From the NCBI GenBank assembly GCA_027021705.1, contig JALUTT010000152.1, forward strand, positions 22,109-86,108: a stretch of 64,000 bases of DNA, read 5' to 3'. The position numbers and the translations under genes were made by a program. This document shows, piece after piece, positions 26,355-35,038 of the stretch. Under the pieces are notes generated by a model. That model saw only the letters and a list, made by a program, of their open reading frames with translations, did no database searches and was not told where the DNA came from. This DNA comes from Anaerolineae bacterium (GTDB lineage: Bacteria; Chloroflexota; Anaerolineae; S140-20). Within the stretch, counting starts at the first letter, position 1, and the number at the start of each line of letters is the position of its first letter.

Positions 26355-28957
26355 GGGTGGTTGCGCAGGACCAGCGGGAGGAAGGTCTGGTAGGCGGTGG
26401 CCAGGTCTCCCACCTCAGTCCGGTAGAGCCCGTAGTCCGTACCTACGAAGAGGTAGGTGGTGTCGGCTTCGGCAGCAGCCCGGCGGACCTCGGCGGCGTT
26501 GAGCAGGGCGACCTGCCCGGCCCCCTCGGCCTTGGGCAGCATCACCGTGCCGCCCGAGACCACCAGCCGGGCCCCGATCCCGTAGCGCCCGGCACTGTCG
26601 TAGGGGAAGACGGTGAAGTAGTCCACCCCGCCGGAGAGGGAGGCGGTGTAGCTGGTGGAGGCCGCCGTGAGCGTGACCACCGCGTTCCCCTCCACGGAGG
26701 TGCGAGGCGGCGCCGTCGTGCTGTGGCGGATGTGGACGCCTTGGAACCGAGGGCCTGTCGGGTTGGTCCAGCTCAGCACCACCTGTCCTCCCGTCACCGT
26801 CCCCGTCAGGTTCGACACCGGCGCGGGGGGCAGGATGGGCAGGAGGATGCGCTGGATGGGCTCGGCCGCGGCCGCGGGCGGGCTGGTGAGCTGAACCCAG
26901 TGGAGGCCGCCGTCCTTGGAGTAGAAGACGCGGGTGCGGGAGGCGGCGAAGATGATGTTGCGGAGGGCCGGGTGGACGGCGATGGCCTGGAAGGCCCCGT
27001 CACCTCCCGGCGGCGTGCGGTCCTCCCACGAAAGGCCCCCGTCGGTGGAGCGGTAGAGGCGCGGGTTGGGGCCTCCGGTGCCAACCCAGATGTGCTGGGG
27101 ATCGTTGGGGTCAACGGCCAGGCCCTCCACGGAGGCGGTGATGGGGTTGGTGATCGTGGCCAGGAGCTGCCAGCTTCCCGTGCTGGTGCGGCTGACGACC
27201 CCGCCGAACATGCCACCGCCGAAGTCGGTGTGGTTGCGGAAGTCTCCCAGGCCGGCGTAGGCCAGGCCGCCCGTGGCGAAGACCACCACCCGGGCCGGCG
27301 TGGTGTAGGGCAGGGTGCCGTAGCTGGCGCTGTAGTCGGTCGTGTGCTGGCTCCACGTCGTGCCGCCATCGGTGGACTCCCACAGCCCGCCGTAGGGCTG
27401 CTCTTGCCCTCCGCCCGGGGGGATGTGGTGGGCGCCCACGGCGGCGTAGACCCGATTGCCGTCGGCGGGGTCCACGGCGATGGTGTTGATGAAGGCGGCG
27501 CACTGACCGCTGCACCCGCTGCTCTCGATGCGGCTGCGGAGGGAGGGATTGCCCAGGTTCTGGGTCGTGTCGCCGTAATCGTCGCTGAAGAGCTCGCCCA
27601 GGAAGACCTTGCGGGTGTTGGCGGCCTCGTAATAGGGAGCCAGGGCCGCTCCGCCGAAGTGGCTCCCCACCGGCTGGGAGGGGGTGCCGGGGACGTAGCC
27701 CAGGGGGAACTCCCACTGCTGCCCGCCGTTGAAGGAACGGCCTATCCCGCTCTTGGTGTTGACGAAGTAGAGGCCCAGGTCGCGCGGGTTCTGGGTGAAG
27801 TCCTGGACGACGACGCCGTCAATCCCCGTGTTGACGGGGAAGAAGGTGTTGCCGCCGTCGGTGCTGCGGTTGATGCCCTGGTCAATGGCCCCGAACATCG
27901 TGTAGGGCGCGGTGGGGTAGATGGCCAGGTGGCTGTTGCCGGCCCCGAAGCCCAGCGGCGAGAAAGTCAGGCCGTCGTCGGACCGCATCCCGCCGGCGTA
28001 GACGGTCTGGGTGAGGACCGGGTGGAAGACGATGTAGCCCACGCCGGCCGCGTTGCTGTAGAGCTGGGTCCAGGAGACGCCTCCGTCGTCGCTGCGGTAG
28101 AGGGCCTGCTGGCCGGTGTCTCCGGTGCCCGCGTAGACCACGCCGCTGATGTGGGGGCTGACGCCCAGGGCGGTGATGTTCTGCATCTTGTGGCTGCTGG
28201 TGACCCCGCCGCTGCTGGTGATGAAGTTGAGGGGGGCGATGGGGCTGACGTAGACCTCGTTGTCGGTGGCGGCGAAGAGCCTCCCGTTGATCTTGTCCAC
28301 GGCCAGCGCGGTGACCTGGCAGCCGTGACAGGGGAGGGTCGTCGTGCTCCACGTCGCACCCCCATCCCGGCTGCGGGCCACCGTCTCGCCCGCCCCCAGT
28401 ACCGTCAGGCTGCCGCTGACCACCAGCCGTGCCCAGCCGAAGATGCCGGGCGGGTAGGGGACGTTGTGCCAGGTGGTGCCCCCGTCGGCGCTGGTGATCA
28501 CCCCGCGCTCGCTCACCGCCCAGACGATGCGGCCGGTGGTGTTGACGGCCAGGGCCTGGACGCTGGCGGTGTAGATCCCCTCCCAGGTGAGGCCCCCGTC
28601 GGTGCTGCGGTAGAGGCCACGCCCGGAGGTCGTGCCGGCGTAGACCGTGCCCGTCGGCGGGTTGGTGTTGGGGTCAATGGCAATGGCCGAGACCACCGCG
28701 CCGTAGACCCCCAGGTTCTCCCACGTTCGGGTGATGATGCCCTGGGTGGCCGATGCGGGGGCTGTCGGGGCCGGCAGGGGCTCCGACCGGGCGATGCCTA
28801 CGAAGGCGAGCAGGGTCAAGACCAGGGTTCCCAGGCCAAAGGCCCAGGAGAGGCCCAGATGCCCAAGCCGGCGGCCAAAGGGCAGCCCTGCTCCTCGGTG
28901 GATTCGGTTGGCCGATAACTCCTGAGACGAAACCTCCGCTGATCTTACCTCGTCCAT
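26351..28957 (-). CDS. Secreted BNR/Asp-box beta-propeller protein with FN3-like domain and C-terminal FLPLVLR motif
   Basis: Many S[TAD]DGGxTW Asp-boxes; PAPVSNLT..VVLSWTNP..YFTVFPYD FN3-like segment; hydrophobic N-terminal signal. Confidence 0.85.
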   Translation of the reverse strand: MDEVRSAEVSSQELSANRIHRGAGLPFGRRLGHLGLSWAFGLGTLVLTLLAFVGIARSEPLPAPTAPASATQGIITRTWENLGVYGAVVSAIAIDPNTNPPTGTVYAGTTSGRGLYRSTDGGLTWEGIYTASVQALAVNTTGRIVWAVSERGVITSADGGTTWHNVPYPPGIFGWARLVVSGSLTVLGAGETVARSRDGGATWSTTTLPCHGCQVTALAVDKINGRLFAATDNEVYVSPIAPLNFITSSGGVTSSHKMQNITALGVSPHISGVVYAGTGDTGQQALYRSDDGGVSWTQLYSNAAGVGYIVFHPVLTQTVYAGGMRSDDGLTFSPLGFGAGNSHLAIYPTAPYTMFGAIDQGINRSTDGGNTFFPVNTGIDGVVVQDFTQNPRDLGLYFVNTKSGIGRSFNGGQQWEFPLGYVPGTPSQPVGSHFGGAALAPYYEAANTRKVFLGELFSDDYGDTTQNLGNPSLRSRIESSGCSGQCAAFINTIAVDPADGNRVYAAVGAHHIPPGGGQEQPYGGLWESTDGGTTWSQHTTDYSASYGTLPYTTPARVVVFATGGLAYAGLGDFRNHTDFGGGMFGGVVSRTSTGSWQLLATITNPITASVEGLAVDPNDPQHIWVGTGGPNPRLYRSTDGGLSWEDRTPPGGDGAFQAIAVHPALRNIIFAASRTRVFYSKDGGLHWVQLTSPPAAAAEPIQRILLPILPPAPVSNLTGTVTGGQVVLSWTNPTGPRFQGVHIRHSTTAPPRTSVEGNAVVTLTAASTSYTASLSGGVDYFTVFPYDSAGRYGIGARLVVSGGTVMLPKAEGAGQVALLNAAEVRRAAAEADTTYLFVGTDYGLYRTEVGDLATAYQTFLPLVLRNHP

Positions 28958-28987
28958 GCTGACAACCCTCCTTCTCAGTGATGCTGG

Positions 28988-29221
28988 TCAACGAATGTTG
29001 AACGAATCAACGGATTGTGCTCGATTTTCCTCACCGACTCGGCTTTCTGAGAGTCCGGGGTGGTGTTGGTCAACGAATGATGAACGAATAAACGAATAAC
29101 GAATGGACCACGGGAATTCGTTTATTCGTTCTTCCATTCGTTGACGATATTGTACCCCAAGAACGGAGGCAGCGCAACGACCGTAGCCAATCCGCTCAAT
29201 CCGCTCCCCCAATCTGTTGAC
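28988..29221. repeat. Nested palindromic AACGAAT/ATTCGTT element
   Basis: Inner hairpin 29069-29145 (GTCAACGAATG..AACGAATAAACGAAT / ATTCGTTTATTCGTT..CATTCGTTGAC); looser outer arms 28988-29017 and 29188-29221. Confidence 0.75.
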
Positions 29222-29247
29222 AGCCATCCGCTGGTGTGCGCATCTGC

Positions 29248-29300
29248 TTGACGGGATCGGGCTTTTGTGCTAGAATATCCCCCAGGGGGGGATGGGGATA
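29248..29300 (+). promoter_or_regulatory. merA promoter with overlapping CsoR/RcnR-type G/C-tract operator
   Basis: TTGACG-17 nt-TAGAAT (29248-29276), immediately followed by ATCCCCC-AGG-GGGGGAT. Confidence 0.65.
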
Positions 29301-29349
29301 GGCCGGGATTAGCAAGGGGAACAGAAAACTTGACAAATGAGGAGAGCCA

Positions 29350-31041
29350 ATGAGCTCACAACAGCGTATCGCTCTGCGCGTCGAAGGGATGACCTGTGAT
29401 TCCTGCGCCGCCCACGTCACCCGCGCCCTGCAGGGGGTGCCCGGCGTCGTCACCGTGGAGGTGCCGGGCTGGCAGTCGGCCCAGGCCCAGGTGGTGGCCG
29501 AGGCCGGCGTTCCCGACGAGGTCCTGGTTCGGGCCGTCGAGGCCGCCGGCTATCGGGCCGCCGTCCGAGAACGCCGGCCCCTCGAGCGGGAGGAGAGCCG
29601 GAGGGAGGTCCTGGGAGGCTTTCGGCTCCAGGGCCGCGGCCCCTTCGACCTGATGGTCATCGGGGGTGGGTCGGCCGGCTTCGCCGCGGCCATCCGTGGG
29701 GCGGAGTTGGGTGCGCGGGTGGGGATGGTGAACGATGGGGCCATCGGCCTCGGCGGCACCTGCGTCAACATCGGCTGTGTCCCCAGCAAGACCCTCATCC
29801 GCACGGCCGAGGCGTGGCACAAGGCCGGCCATCACCCCTTCACCGGGGTGCACACCCGCCAGGAGCGCCTCGACTGGTCCCAGGTTATCGCTCAGAAGGA
29901 CGAGCTGGTGAGGGAGCTCCGCCAGGCCAAGTACAGCGACGTGCTCCGGGCCTATCCCCAGATCACCCTCATCGAAGGGCGGGCCCGCTTCAACGATGAT
30001 GGAACCGTCTCCGTCGGCGACGAGGTCTATCGGGCCGACAAGTACGTGATCACGACCGGGGCTCGCCCCCGCCTGCCCGACCTGCCGGGGGCCGACGAGG
30101 TCGAAGTGCTGACCAGCACCACGGCGATGGCCCTGCCAACCCAGCCCCGATCCCTCATCGTCCTGGGCGGGCGCTTCGTGGCCCTGGAGCTGGGGCAGAC
30201 CTTCGCCCGCTTTGGAACCGAGGTGACGATCCTGCAACGGAGCACCCGCATCATCCCCCAGCACGAGCCGGAGATCGGCGAGGCTCTGCGGGGCTACCTG
30301 GAGGATGAAGGGCTCACCGTGGTCACCGGCGTGCGGCTGCTGGCGCTGCGGGCCGAGGGCGATGAGAAGGTGGTCGTCGCAGAGGTGAGGGGCCGGGTGC
30401 GGGAGTTTCGCGCCCAGGAGGTGATGGCCGCCCTGGGGCGCGTTCCGAACACCGACGGCCTGGGGCTCGTGGAGGCCGGCGTTGCGCTGGGGTCGAAAGG
30501 GGAGGTGCTGGTGGATGCGACGATGCAGACCTCCAATCCCGACATCTACGCAGCCGGCGACGTCACGGCCCTGGCCAACTACGTCTACGTGGCCGCGATG
30601 GGGGGGGTGATCGCGGCCGAGAACGCCCTGACCGGCACCCAGCGGCGTCTGGACCTGTCGGTGCTGCCGGAGGTGATGTTCACCGATCCCCAGGTGGCCA
30701 CCGTGGGGCTGACCGAAGCCCAGGCCCGCCGGCTGGGCCACCAGGTCAAGACCGTCGTCCTGCCCCTGGAGCACGTGCCCCGGGCGCTGGCGGCGCGGGA
30801 TACGCGGGGGCTGATCAAGGTGGTTGCCGACCAGGCGACGGACCGGCTGCTGGGGGTCCACCTGCTGGCCGCCGAGGCCGGCGAGGTGGTCCAGACGGCC
30901 GCGATGGCCCTGCGGTACGGGGCCCGGGTGGCCGACCTGACGCAGATGCTCTTCCCCTACCTGACGATGGTGGAGGGGCTGAAGCTGGCGGCCCTGGCCT
31001 TCGAGAAGGACGTGACCAAGTTGAGTTGCTGCGCGGGGTAG
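29350..31041 (+). CDS. merA: Mercuric reductase
   Basis: N-terminal HMA GMTCDSC; GGGSAG FAD motif; GGTCVNIGCVPSK; FPYLTMVEGLKLAA; C-terminal LSCCAG. Confidence 0.95.
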   Translation: MSSQQRIALRVEGMTCDSCAAHVTRALQGVPGVVTVEVPGWQSAQAQVVAEAGVPDEVLVRAVEAAGYRAAVRERRPLEREESRREVLGGFRLQGRGPFDLMVIGGGSAGFAAAIRGAELGARVGMVNDGAIGLGGTCVNIGCVPSKTLIRTAEAWHKAGHHPFTGVHTRQERLDWSQVIAQKDELVRELRQAKYSDVLRAYPQITLIEGRARFNDDGTVSVGDEVYRADKYVITTGARPRLPDLPGADEVEVLTSTTAMALPTQPRSLIVLGGRFVALELGQTFARFGTEVTILQRSTRIIPQHEPEIGEALRGYLEDEGLTVVTGVRLLALRAEGDEKVVVAEVRGRVREFRAQEVMAALGRVPNTDGLGLVEAGVALGSKGEVLVDATMQTSNPDIYAAGDVTALANYVYVAAMGGVIAAENALTGTQRRLDLSVLPEVMFTDPQVATVGLTEAQARRLGHQVKTVVLPLEHVPRALAARDTRGLIKVVADQATDRLLGVHLLAAEAGEVVQTAAMALRYGARVADLTQMLFPYLTMVEGLKLAALAFEKDVTKLSCCAG

Positions 31042-31044
31042 GGC

Positions 31045-31932
31045 CTACGGAGGGGCATCCAGGCCCAGGTACTCGACGATGGCCTGAAGGAAGGTCTCCA
31101 GCACCTCGATGCGGTGGGGCAGCGTTCGATGCACCTCGCGGGGGTCCACCCGCCAGTAGATGTGGACGAGCAGGTTGCGGAAGCGGGCCATATCGGCCAT
31201 CACGTCGGCCACGTCCGGCGGGAGGATTCCCCCTCGGGCCAGGCTCTGGAAGACGGAAGCGTAGTCCTCGGCGATGGGAAGCCCCAGCGTGGCGATGAGG
31301 TGATTGCCGATGTTCAGGCAGCACTCGGTGGCCGTCTGGAGCCGTCGTTCCACAACGTCCTGGGCGTCGCTATCGGCCAGGTAGGCTGCTTCGGAGAGCC
31401 GGGCTTTCTCCCGGAGCTTGCGCAGGTCGGCGTCGAGCCGGCGGAGCTGTTCCAGGACCTTCTCACGGTTCACGGCCATAGCAGCCCCTTTCGGTTGTCG
31501 GAGCTGGCGGACGAAAGCCGCCAATGCCTCCTGCTTCAGGCGGCGGGCTTCGGGGTAGAGGGCGAGGACCCGCTCACGGAAGGCGGCCTCACCCCCGCCA
31601 TCGGCGGGGGAAAGCCGTCGTCCCTCCGTGAGCACGGTAAAGGCCAGGGTAGGGGGGGCCTGGCGCAAGTTGATCAGCGTGAAGTCATCGCTCTCCAGAA
31701 GGCGGCTCAGCCGGCGATAGAGGGTCTGGTCCAGGACCTCCATCGCTTCCCGGTCCAGGGCTTCCAAGGGAAGGTAGGCCAGGTCCAGGTCACTCAGGGG
31801 AGTGGCTTCCTCACGGCTGTAGGAGCCGAACAGGAAGAGGACGAGCCGGTCGGCCAGGTCGGCCGCCAGCGCTTCCAGCAGGGGAAGTTTCTCCCGGTAA
31901 AGGGGTCGGGTTCTCTGAAGCTTGTGGACCAT
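31045..31932 (-). CDS. Fused MNT nucleotidyltransferase-HEPN (MntA-HepT/DUF86) toxin-antitoxin protein
   Basis: FGSYSREEATPLSDLD (GSX10DXD) and RNLLVHIY (RX4HXY) occur in one ORF. Confidence 0.85.
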   Translation of the reverse strand: MVHKLQRTRPLYREKLPLLEALAADLADRLVLFLFGSYSREEATPLSDLDLAYLPLEALDREAMEVLDQTLYRRLSRLLESDDFTLINLRQAPPTLAFTVLTEGRRLSPADGGGEAAFRERVLALYPEARRLKQEALAAFVRQLRQPKGAAMAVNREKVLEQLRRLDADLRKLREKARLSEAAYLADSDAQDVVERRLQTATECCLNIGNHLIATLGLPIAEDYASVFQSLARGGILPPDVADVMADMARFRNLLVHIYWRVDPREVHRTLPHRIEVLETFLQAIVEYLGLDAPP

Positions 31933-31986
31933 TGGGTAGCCCTCGCTGCCCGTATTGTACCTTCTGTGGGCTTTCCAGTCAACCGG

Positions 31987-32127
31987 CGAGTGAGCGAGAG
32001 AGTGGTCCATAGCAGGCCGTCCACGAATTTCTCACAAATGCACGAATGAGGCGGTCCTTAATTCGTGTATTCGTGCCCCATTCGTGGACGGCTAGTCTCT
32101 CTATCTCCAAAGATATGGGTAATCACC
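31987..32127. repeat. GGTGATT-ended MITE-like repeat (one terminus missing)
   Basis: About 5 differences over about 110 nt versus the reverse complement of 53726-53836; ends GGGTAATCACC. Confidence 0.88.
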
Positions 32128-32143
32128 GGAACCGGTTAGGAGC

Positions 32144-32276
32144 GGTGATGACCCACGAGTGAGCGAGGGAACGGGCCGTGGTGGGCCGTCCGCGAATCCT
32201 CACGAATGCACGAATGGGTCGGACTCTAGTCCGTGTATTCGTGCCCCATTCGTGGACGGCTATCCCGATAATCACC
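32144..32276. mobile_element. GGTGAT...ATCACC MITE-like element, full-length diverged copy
   Basis: Inverted termini GGTGAT/ATCACC; internal CACGAAT/ATTCGTG hairpin; GGTTAGGAG on both sides (32134-32142 and 32279-32287). Confidence 0.7.
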
Positions 32277-32299
32277 AAGGTTAGGAGGGAGGTGTGCGT

Positions 32300-33037
32300 A
32301 TGAAGGAGCGAACGGGCTGGAGCTGGAGTCTGGGGGGCTCCGTGATCGCCAGTCTCTGCTGCTTTGGGCCGGCGGTGGCCGCCCTCGTCGGCGTCGGTGG
32401 GGCCTCATTCCTGCTGGGCCTGACGCGCTACCGGCTGCCGCTGCTGATCATCGGCCTGGGCTTCGCCCTCCTGGGGGTGGGCATGGCCCTGCGCCAGAGC
32501 GCCCGGACTTGTGACCGGGAGCAGCACCGGCGCAACCTGTGGCGCTTCCCCACGGTGACGCTGATCACCTTTGTGGCGACCTATGGTCTGCTGACCTACG
32601 TCTTTCCCGTGGCCGTCTACAACGTCCTGGGGGCTACGTCGGGGATCCGGGAAGTACGGTCGGAGCGTCCGGCGGCTCCTGCGCCGGCCTCGCCATCCCA
32701 GCTTCCCGACGATGCCGCGCCGAGCCGCTCCGCCCCGGCGCAGGAGGCCCTGCCGCTGTCGCAGGAAGGGCCGGCGCCGGCAACGCCTACGCCGGAGGCA
32801 GGACTGCGGCGGGTGACCCTGGCCGTCAGCGGGATGACCTGAAGCGGCTGCGTGGCTGCCGTGCGCAGCATCCTCCTGCAGCAGCCGGGCGTCGTCGAGG
32901 CCGGGGCCGACTTGCGGCGACAGCAGGGATGGGCGGTCTACGACCCGGCCCGGATCGCGCCCCAGGATCTGGCCGATGCCCTCTCGCCCTACTATCCGAG
33001 CCGGGTGGTCGAAGACCGGCCCTACACAGAGCAGTGA
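32300..33037 (+). CDS. MerT-like transporter fused to an HMA domain; predicted selenoprotein (UGA 32840-32842 = Sec)
   Basis: ASLCCFGP TM motif. ORFs 32294-32842 and 32852-33037 are in frame; the junction reads GGG ATG ACC TGA AGC GGC TGC = GMT-U-SG-C, followed by HMA-like ..PGVVEA...WAVYDP. Confidence 0.8.
32845..32887 (+). promoter_or_regulatory. Candidate bacterial SECIS element
   Basis: Upper stem GCTGC-CGTGC-GCAGC (32855-32869) with loop 17 nt after UGA and G at loop position 2; lower stem CGGCTGC/GCAGCCG. Confidence 0.5.
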
Positions 33038-33050
33038 GCGAGGAGGAAAG

Positions 33051-33386
33051 ATGTCCGACGTGACGACCAAGCTGATCGTTCGCGCCCCGGCGGCGACGGA
33101 GACGAAGGTCTACCTGACGCCGGAGGTGGAGAAGAACCTGGATGTCCGGCTGGCCCGCATCGAGGGGCACGTCCGCTCCATCCGCCGGATGCTGGCGGAA
33201 CATCAGGACTGCAATAGCCTGCTGATCCAGATGGCGGCGGTCCGGGCGGCGATGACCCAGGCGATGGCCAAGCTGCTGGAAGGGCACATCGAGACTTGCG
33301 TGACCGAGTGCGTGGCGACCGAGGAAGGGGCAGATGCCCTGGCCGGCCTGAAGAAGGCCCTGGCCATCGTGCTCAAGAGCACGTAG
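33051..33386 (+). CDS. CsoR/RcnR family metal-sensing repressor
   Basis: RLARIEGHVRSIRRM..DC..LLIQMAAVRAA..LLEGHIETCV (C-H-C ligands); RBS GAGGAGG. Confidence 0.9.
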   Translation: MSDVTTKLIVRAPAATETKVYLTPEVEKNLDVRLARIEGHVRSIRRMLAEHQDCNSLLIQMAAVRAAMTQAMAKLLEGHIETCVTECVATEEGADALAGLKKALAIVLKST

Positions 33387-33474
33387 GGCGGTCGGCGGGC
33401 GACGAGGGGCGGGGGTACCGGTGAGCGGATCGGCGGGGCTGATCTATCAGGAGGGGCTTGCTAGGGAAAGACAA

Positions 33475-33536
33475 CCGCGCTGAGGGAGCCGCGGGGCCGA
33501 TTCTGGGAACCCGAAGGCCCTCGCTTCTCAGCGCGG
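33475..33536. terminator. Long hairpin between convergent genes (bidirectional terminator or REP-like)
   Basis: CCGCGCTGAG...CTCAGCGCGG outer stem with inner GGGCC/GGCCC pairing. Confidence 0.5.
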
Positions 33537-33572
33537 AAGGGTCGCATTGGATTGGCCTTTCTGTGGCTTCGG

Positions 33573-34019
33573 TTAGGCGGGAGCCTCCTCGGTCCCTGCC
33601 TTTTCCCCTTCAGCTTTGCTTATCAGTTCCTCGCGCTTGCGGGCGGCTGCCTTCTTGCCCTCCTCGATGGCCTCCTGGACCCGCTCCTTCTGCTGCTGGA
33701 CGACGATCTTACCCCGTTCCTGGACCTCCTCGACGCGCTGGCGGGCTTCGGTGGCCAGTTCCTCGGCCTTCTGACGGGCTTCGGCTGCCGCTTCCTCGGC
33801 CCGTTTGCGGGCCTCGGCCGCCGCCTCTTCAGCCCGCTTGCGGGCCTCTTCTTTCAGCGTTTCCGCCCGGGTGCGGAGTTCGATGCTGCGCTCCCGCAGG
33901 CGGGCCCGAGTTTCCTCCCCTGACTGAGGGGCCAGGATCAACGCTGTGGCTGCCCCTACCAGCGCTCCCACCACGAAGCCGGCCAGAAAGGCTCCGACAT
34001 CTCCCGTATGCTCACTCAT
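33573..34019 (-). CDS. YtxH-domain protein
   Basis: FLAGFVVGALVGAATALILAPQSGEETR followed by an A/E/K/R coiled coil. Confidence 0.88.
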   Translation of the reverse strand: MSEHTGDVGAFLAGFVVGALVGAATALILAPQSGEETRARLRERSIELRTRAETLKEEARKRAEEAAAEARKRAEEAAAEARQKAEELATEARQRVEEVQERGKIVVQQQKERVQEAIEEGKKAAARKREELISKAEGEKAGTEEAPA

Positions 34020-34039
34020 TGTACACCTCCTGTTCGCTC

Positions 34040-34294
34040 TCACGAGTAAGTCCGGTCTCCCACGGTCATCCTGTCCATAGGGCGGAGCAAGGCGATGGGC
34101 ACCATCTCCGCCAAAGTAGGCGTATAGAAGGATATGTAAAGGGTGTCGCTTAGTTCGTCATAATCTAGAACAAATGTTTCGTCGTTCATCTCTGGGTGGT
34201 TGGTAGGAGCTGTAATGTGCTCCCACCGTTCATAAGTGAGATAAATTGCATTGCCGTAACGGTCATAAACCGTCCATCGTCGCCCGCCGGTCAT
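34040..34294 (-). pseudogene. Collapsed toxin-antitoxin remnant: toxin-like N-terminus joined to a DUF2283-like fragment
   Basis: AT-richer segment; DRYGNAIYLTYERWEHI...HPEM, then LDYDELSDTLYISF, then unrelated sequence. Confidence 0.5.
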
Positions 34295-34331
34295 AGGCTT
34301 CCTGCGGTTCTGGGGGTGGGCGGTTGCGATG

Positions 34332-34751
34332 TTACTTGCGGCGAGGGGCGAGGCGGATGAGGACTTGGAGGGCCCGGCGTGCCCCCGCCGCGTAGCTGGC
34401 GGCCGTGATGGCGGGAGAGGTGACCTGCCGGCTGACGAACTCGGTGGTCCCTTTCACCGTGTTCAAGGTCTCATTCGTCGTGCGCAGGATCGGTCGGACC
34501 TCCTCGCGCAGCATCCGAGTCAGCGTCCAGAGCTGGTAGACCAGGATGGCCAGCAGGGTGAGGATAATCAGGCTTTCCACCGCCAGCACGATGATGAAGA
34601 GGTCGCGGATGGTCGCCGTCGTCTCCGGGTGGCCCAAGAGGAAGATCACCCCCAAGACCAGCAGGATCAAAGCGACGACGACGGCGAGGATGATCCAGGT
34701 CTTGAGAGGGATGCGCCGTTTTTTGCCTTGGGAGGAATTTCGCTCATTCAT
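34332..34751 (-). CDS. Membrane protein (DUF948-like)
   Basis: Two TM segments then EVRPIL..TNETLNTVKGTTEFVS; adjacent to the YtxH gene. Confidence 0.65.
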   Translation of the reverse strand: MNERNSSQGKKRRIPLKTWIILAVVVALILLVLGVIFLLGHPETTATIRDLFIIVLAVESLIILTLLAILVYQLWTLTRMLREEVRPILRTTNETLNTVKGTTEFVSRQVTSPAITAASYAAGARRALQVLIRLAPRRK

Positions 34752-34763
34752 AGTTTCATTATA

Positions 34764-35024
34764 TCACGATTTCGTGAAAATCGCAACCAAAAACGCGAGC
34801 ATTACGGCACCCAATCCTCCTGCCAGCACCTGCAGGGGGCCGATGCGCCCCAGGGAGACCGCCATCGCCTGTCCCAAGAAGTGCCCCAGGGCGAAGCCGA
34901 CCCACGCCGCGACGGTGCGGTAGAGCAGGAGGCGACCTCCCCCCCGGCGGAGCAGGTGGATGACCGCCGCCAGGAGGGTGGAGAGCACAAAAGCCAGAAC
35001 CAGAGATGGAGGCAGTGGAAGCAT
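34764..35024 (-). CDS. Small membrane protein
   Basis: Three hydrophobic segments; GGAG RBS; lies in the operon. Confidence 0.65.
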   Translation of the reverse strand: MLPLPPSLVLAFVLSTLLAAVIHLLRRGGGRLLLYRTVAAWVGFALGHFLGQAMAVSLGRIGPLQVLAGGLGAVMLAFLVAIFTKS

Positions 35025-35038
35025 AGCTCCGCCGGGAT

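Noticed and set aside
26336..28918. 860-aa plus-strand ORF (likewise 14648-16351, 22945-24498, 29356-30861 and similar)
   Set aside because: Antisense shadows of well-supported genes, expected in high-GC DNA; no recognisable motifs.
29248..29276. MerR-type promoter
   Set aside because: Spacer is 17 nt with no dyad between -35 and -10; no merR nearby.
31987..32276. CRISPR array
   Set aside because: Two long diverged palindromic units, not short identical repeats with unique spacers; no cas genes in the window.
32840..32842. Simple nonsense mutation (pseudogene)
   Set aside because: Not excluded but disfavoured: the stop is TGA exactly at the motif Cys, the downstream domain is intact and a hairpin follows.
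33475..33580. Second attC site (GTTAGGC at about 33572)
   Set aside because: That sequence is the YtxH stop region, and the nearby hairpin lacks correctly spaced R and L boxes.
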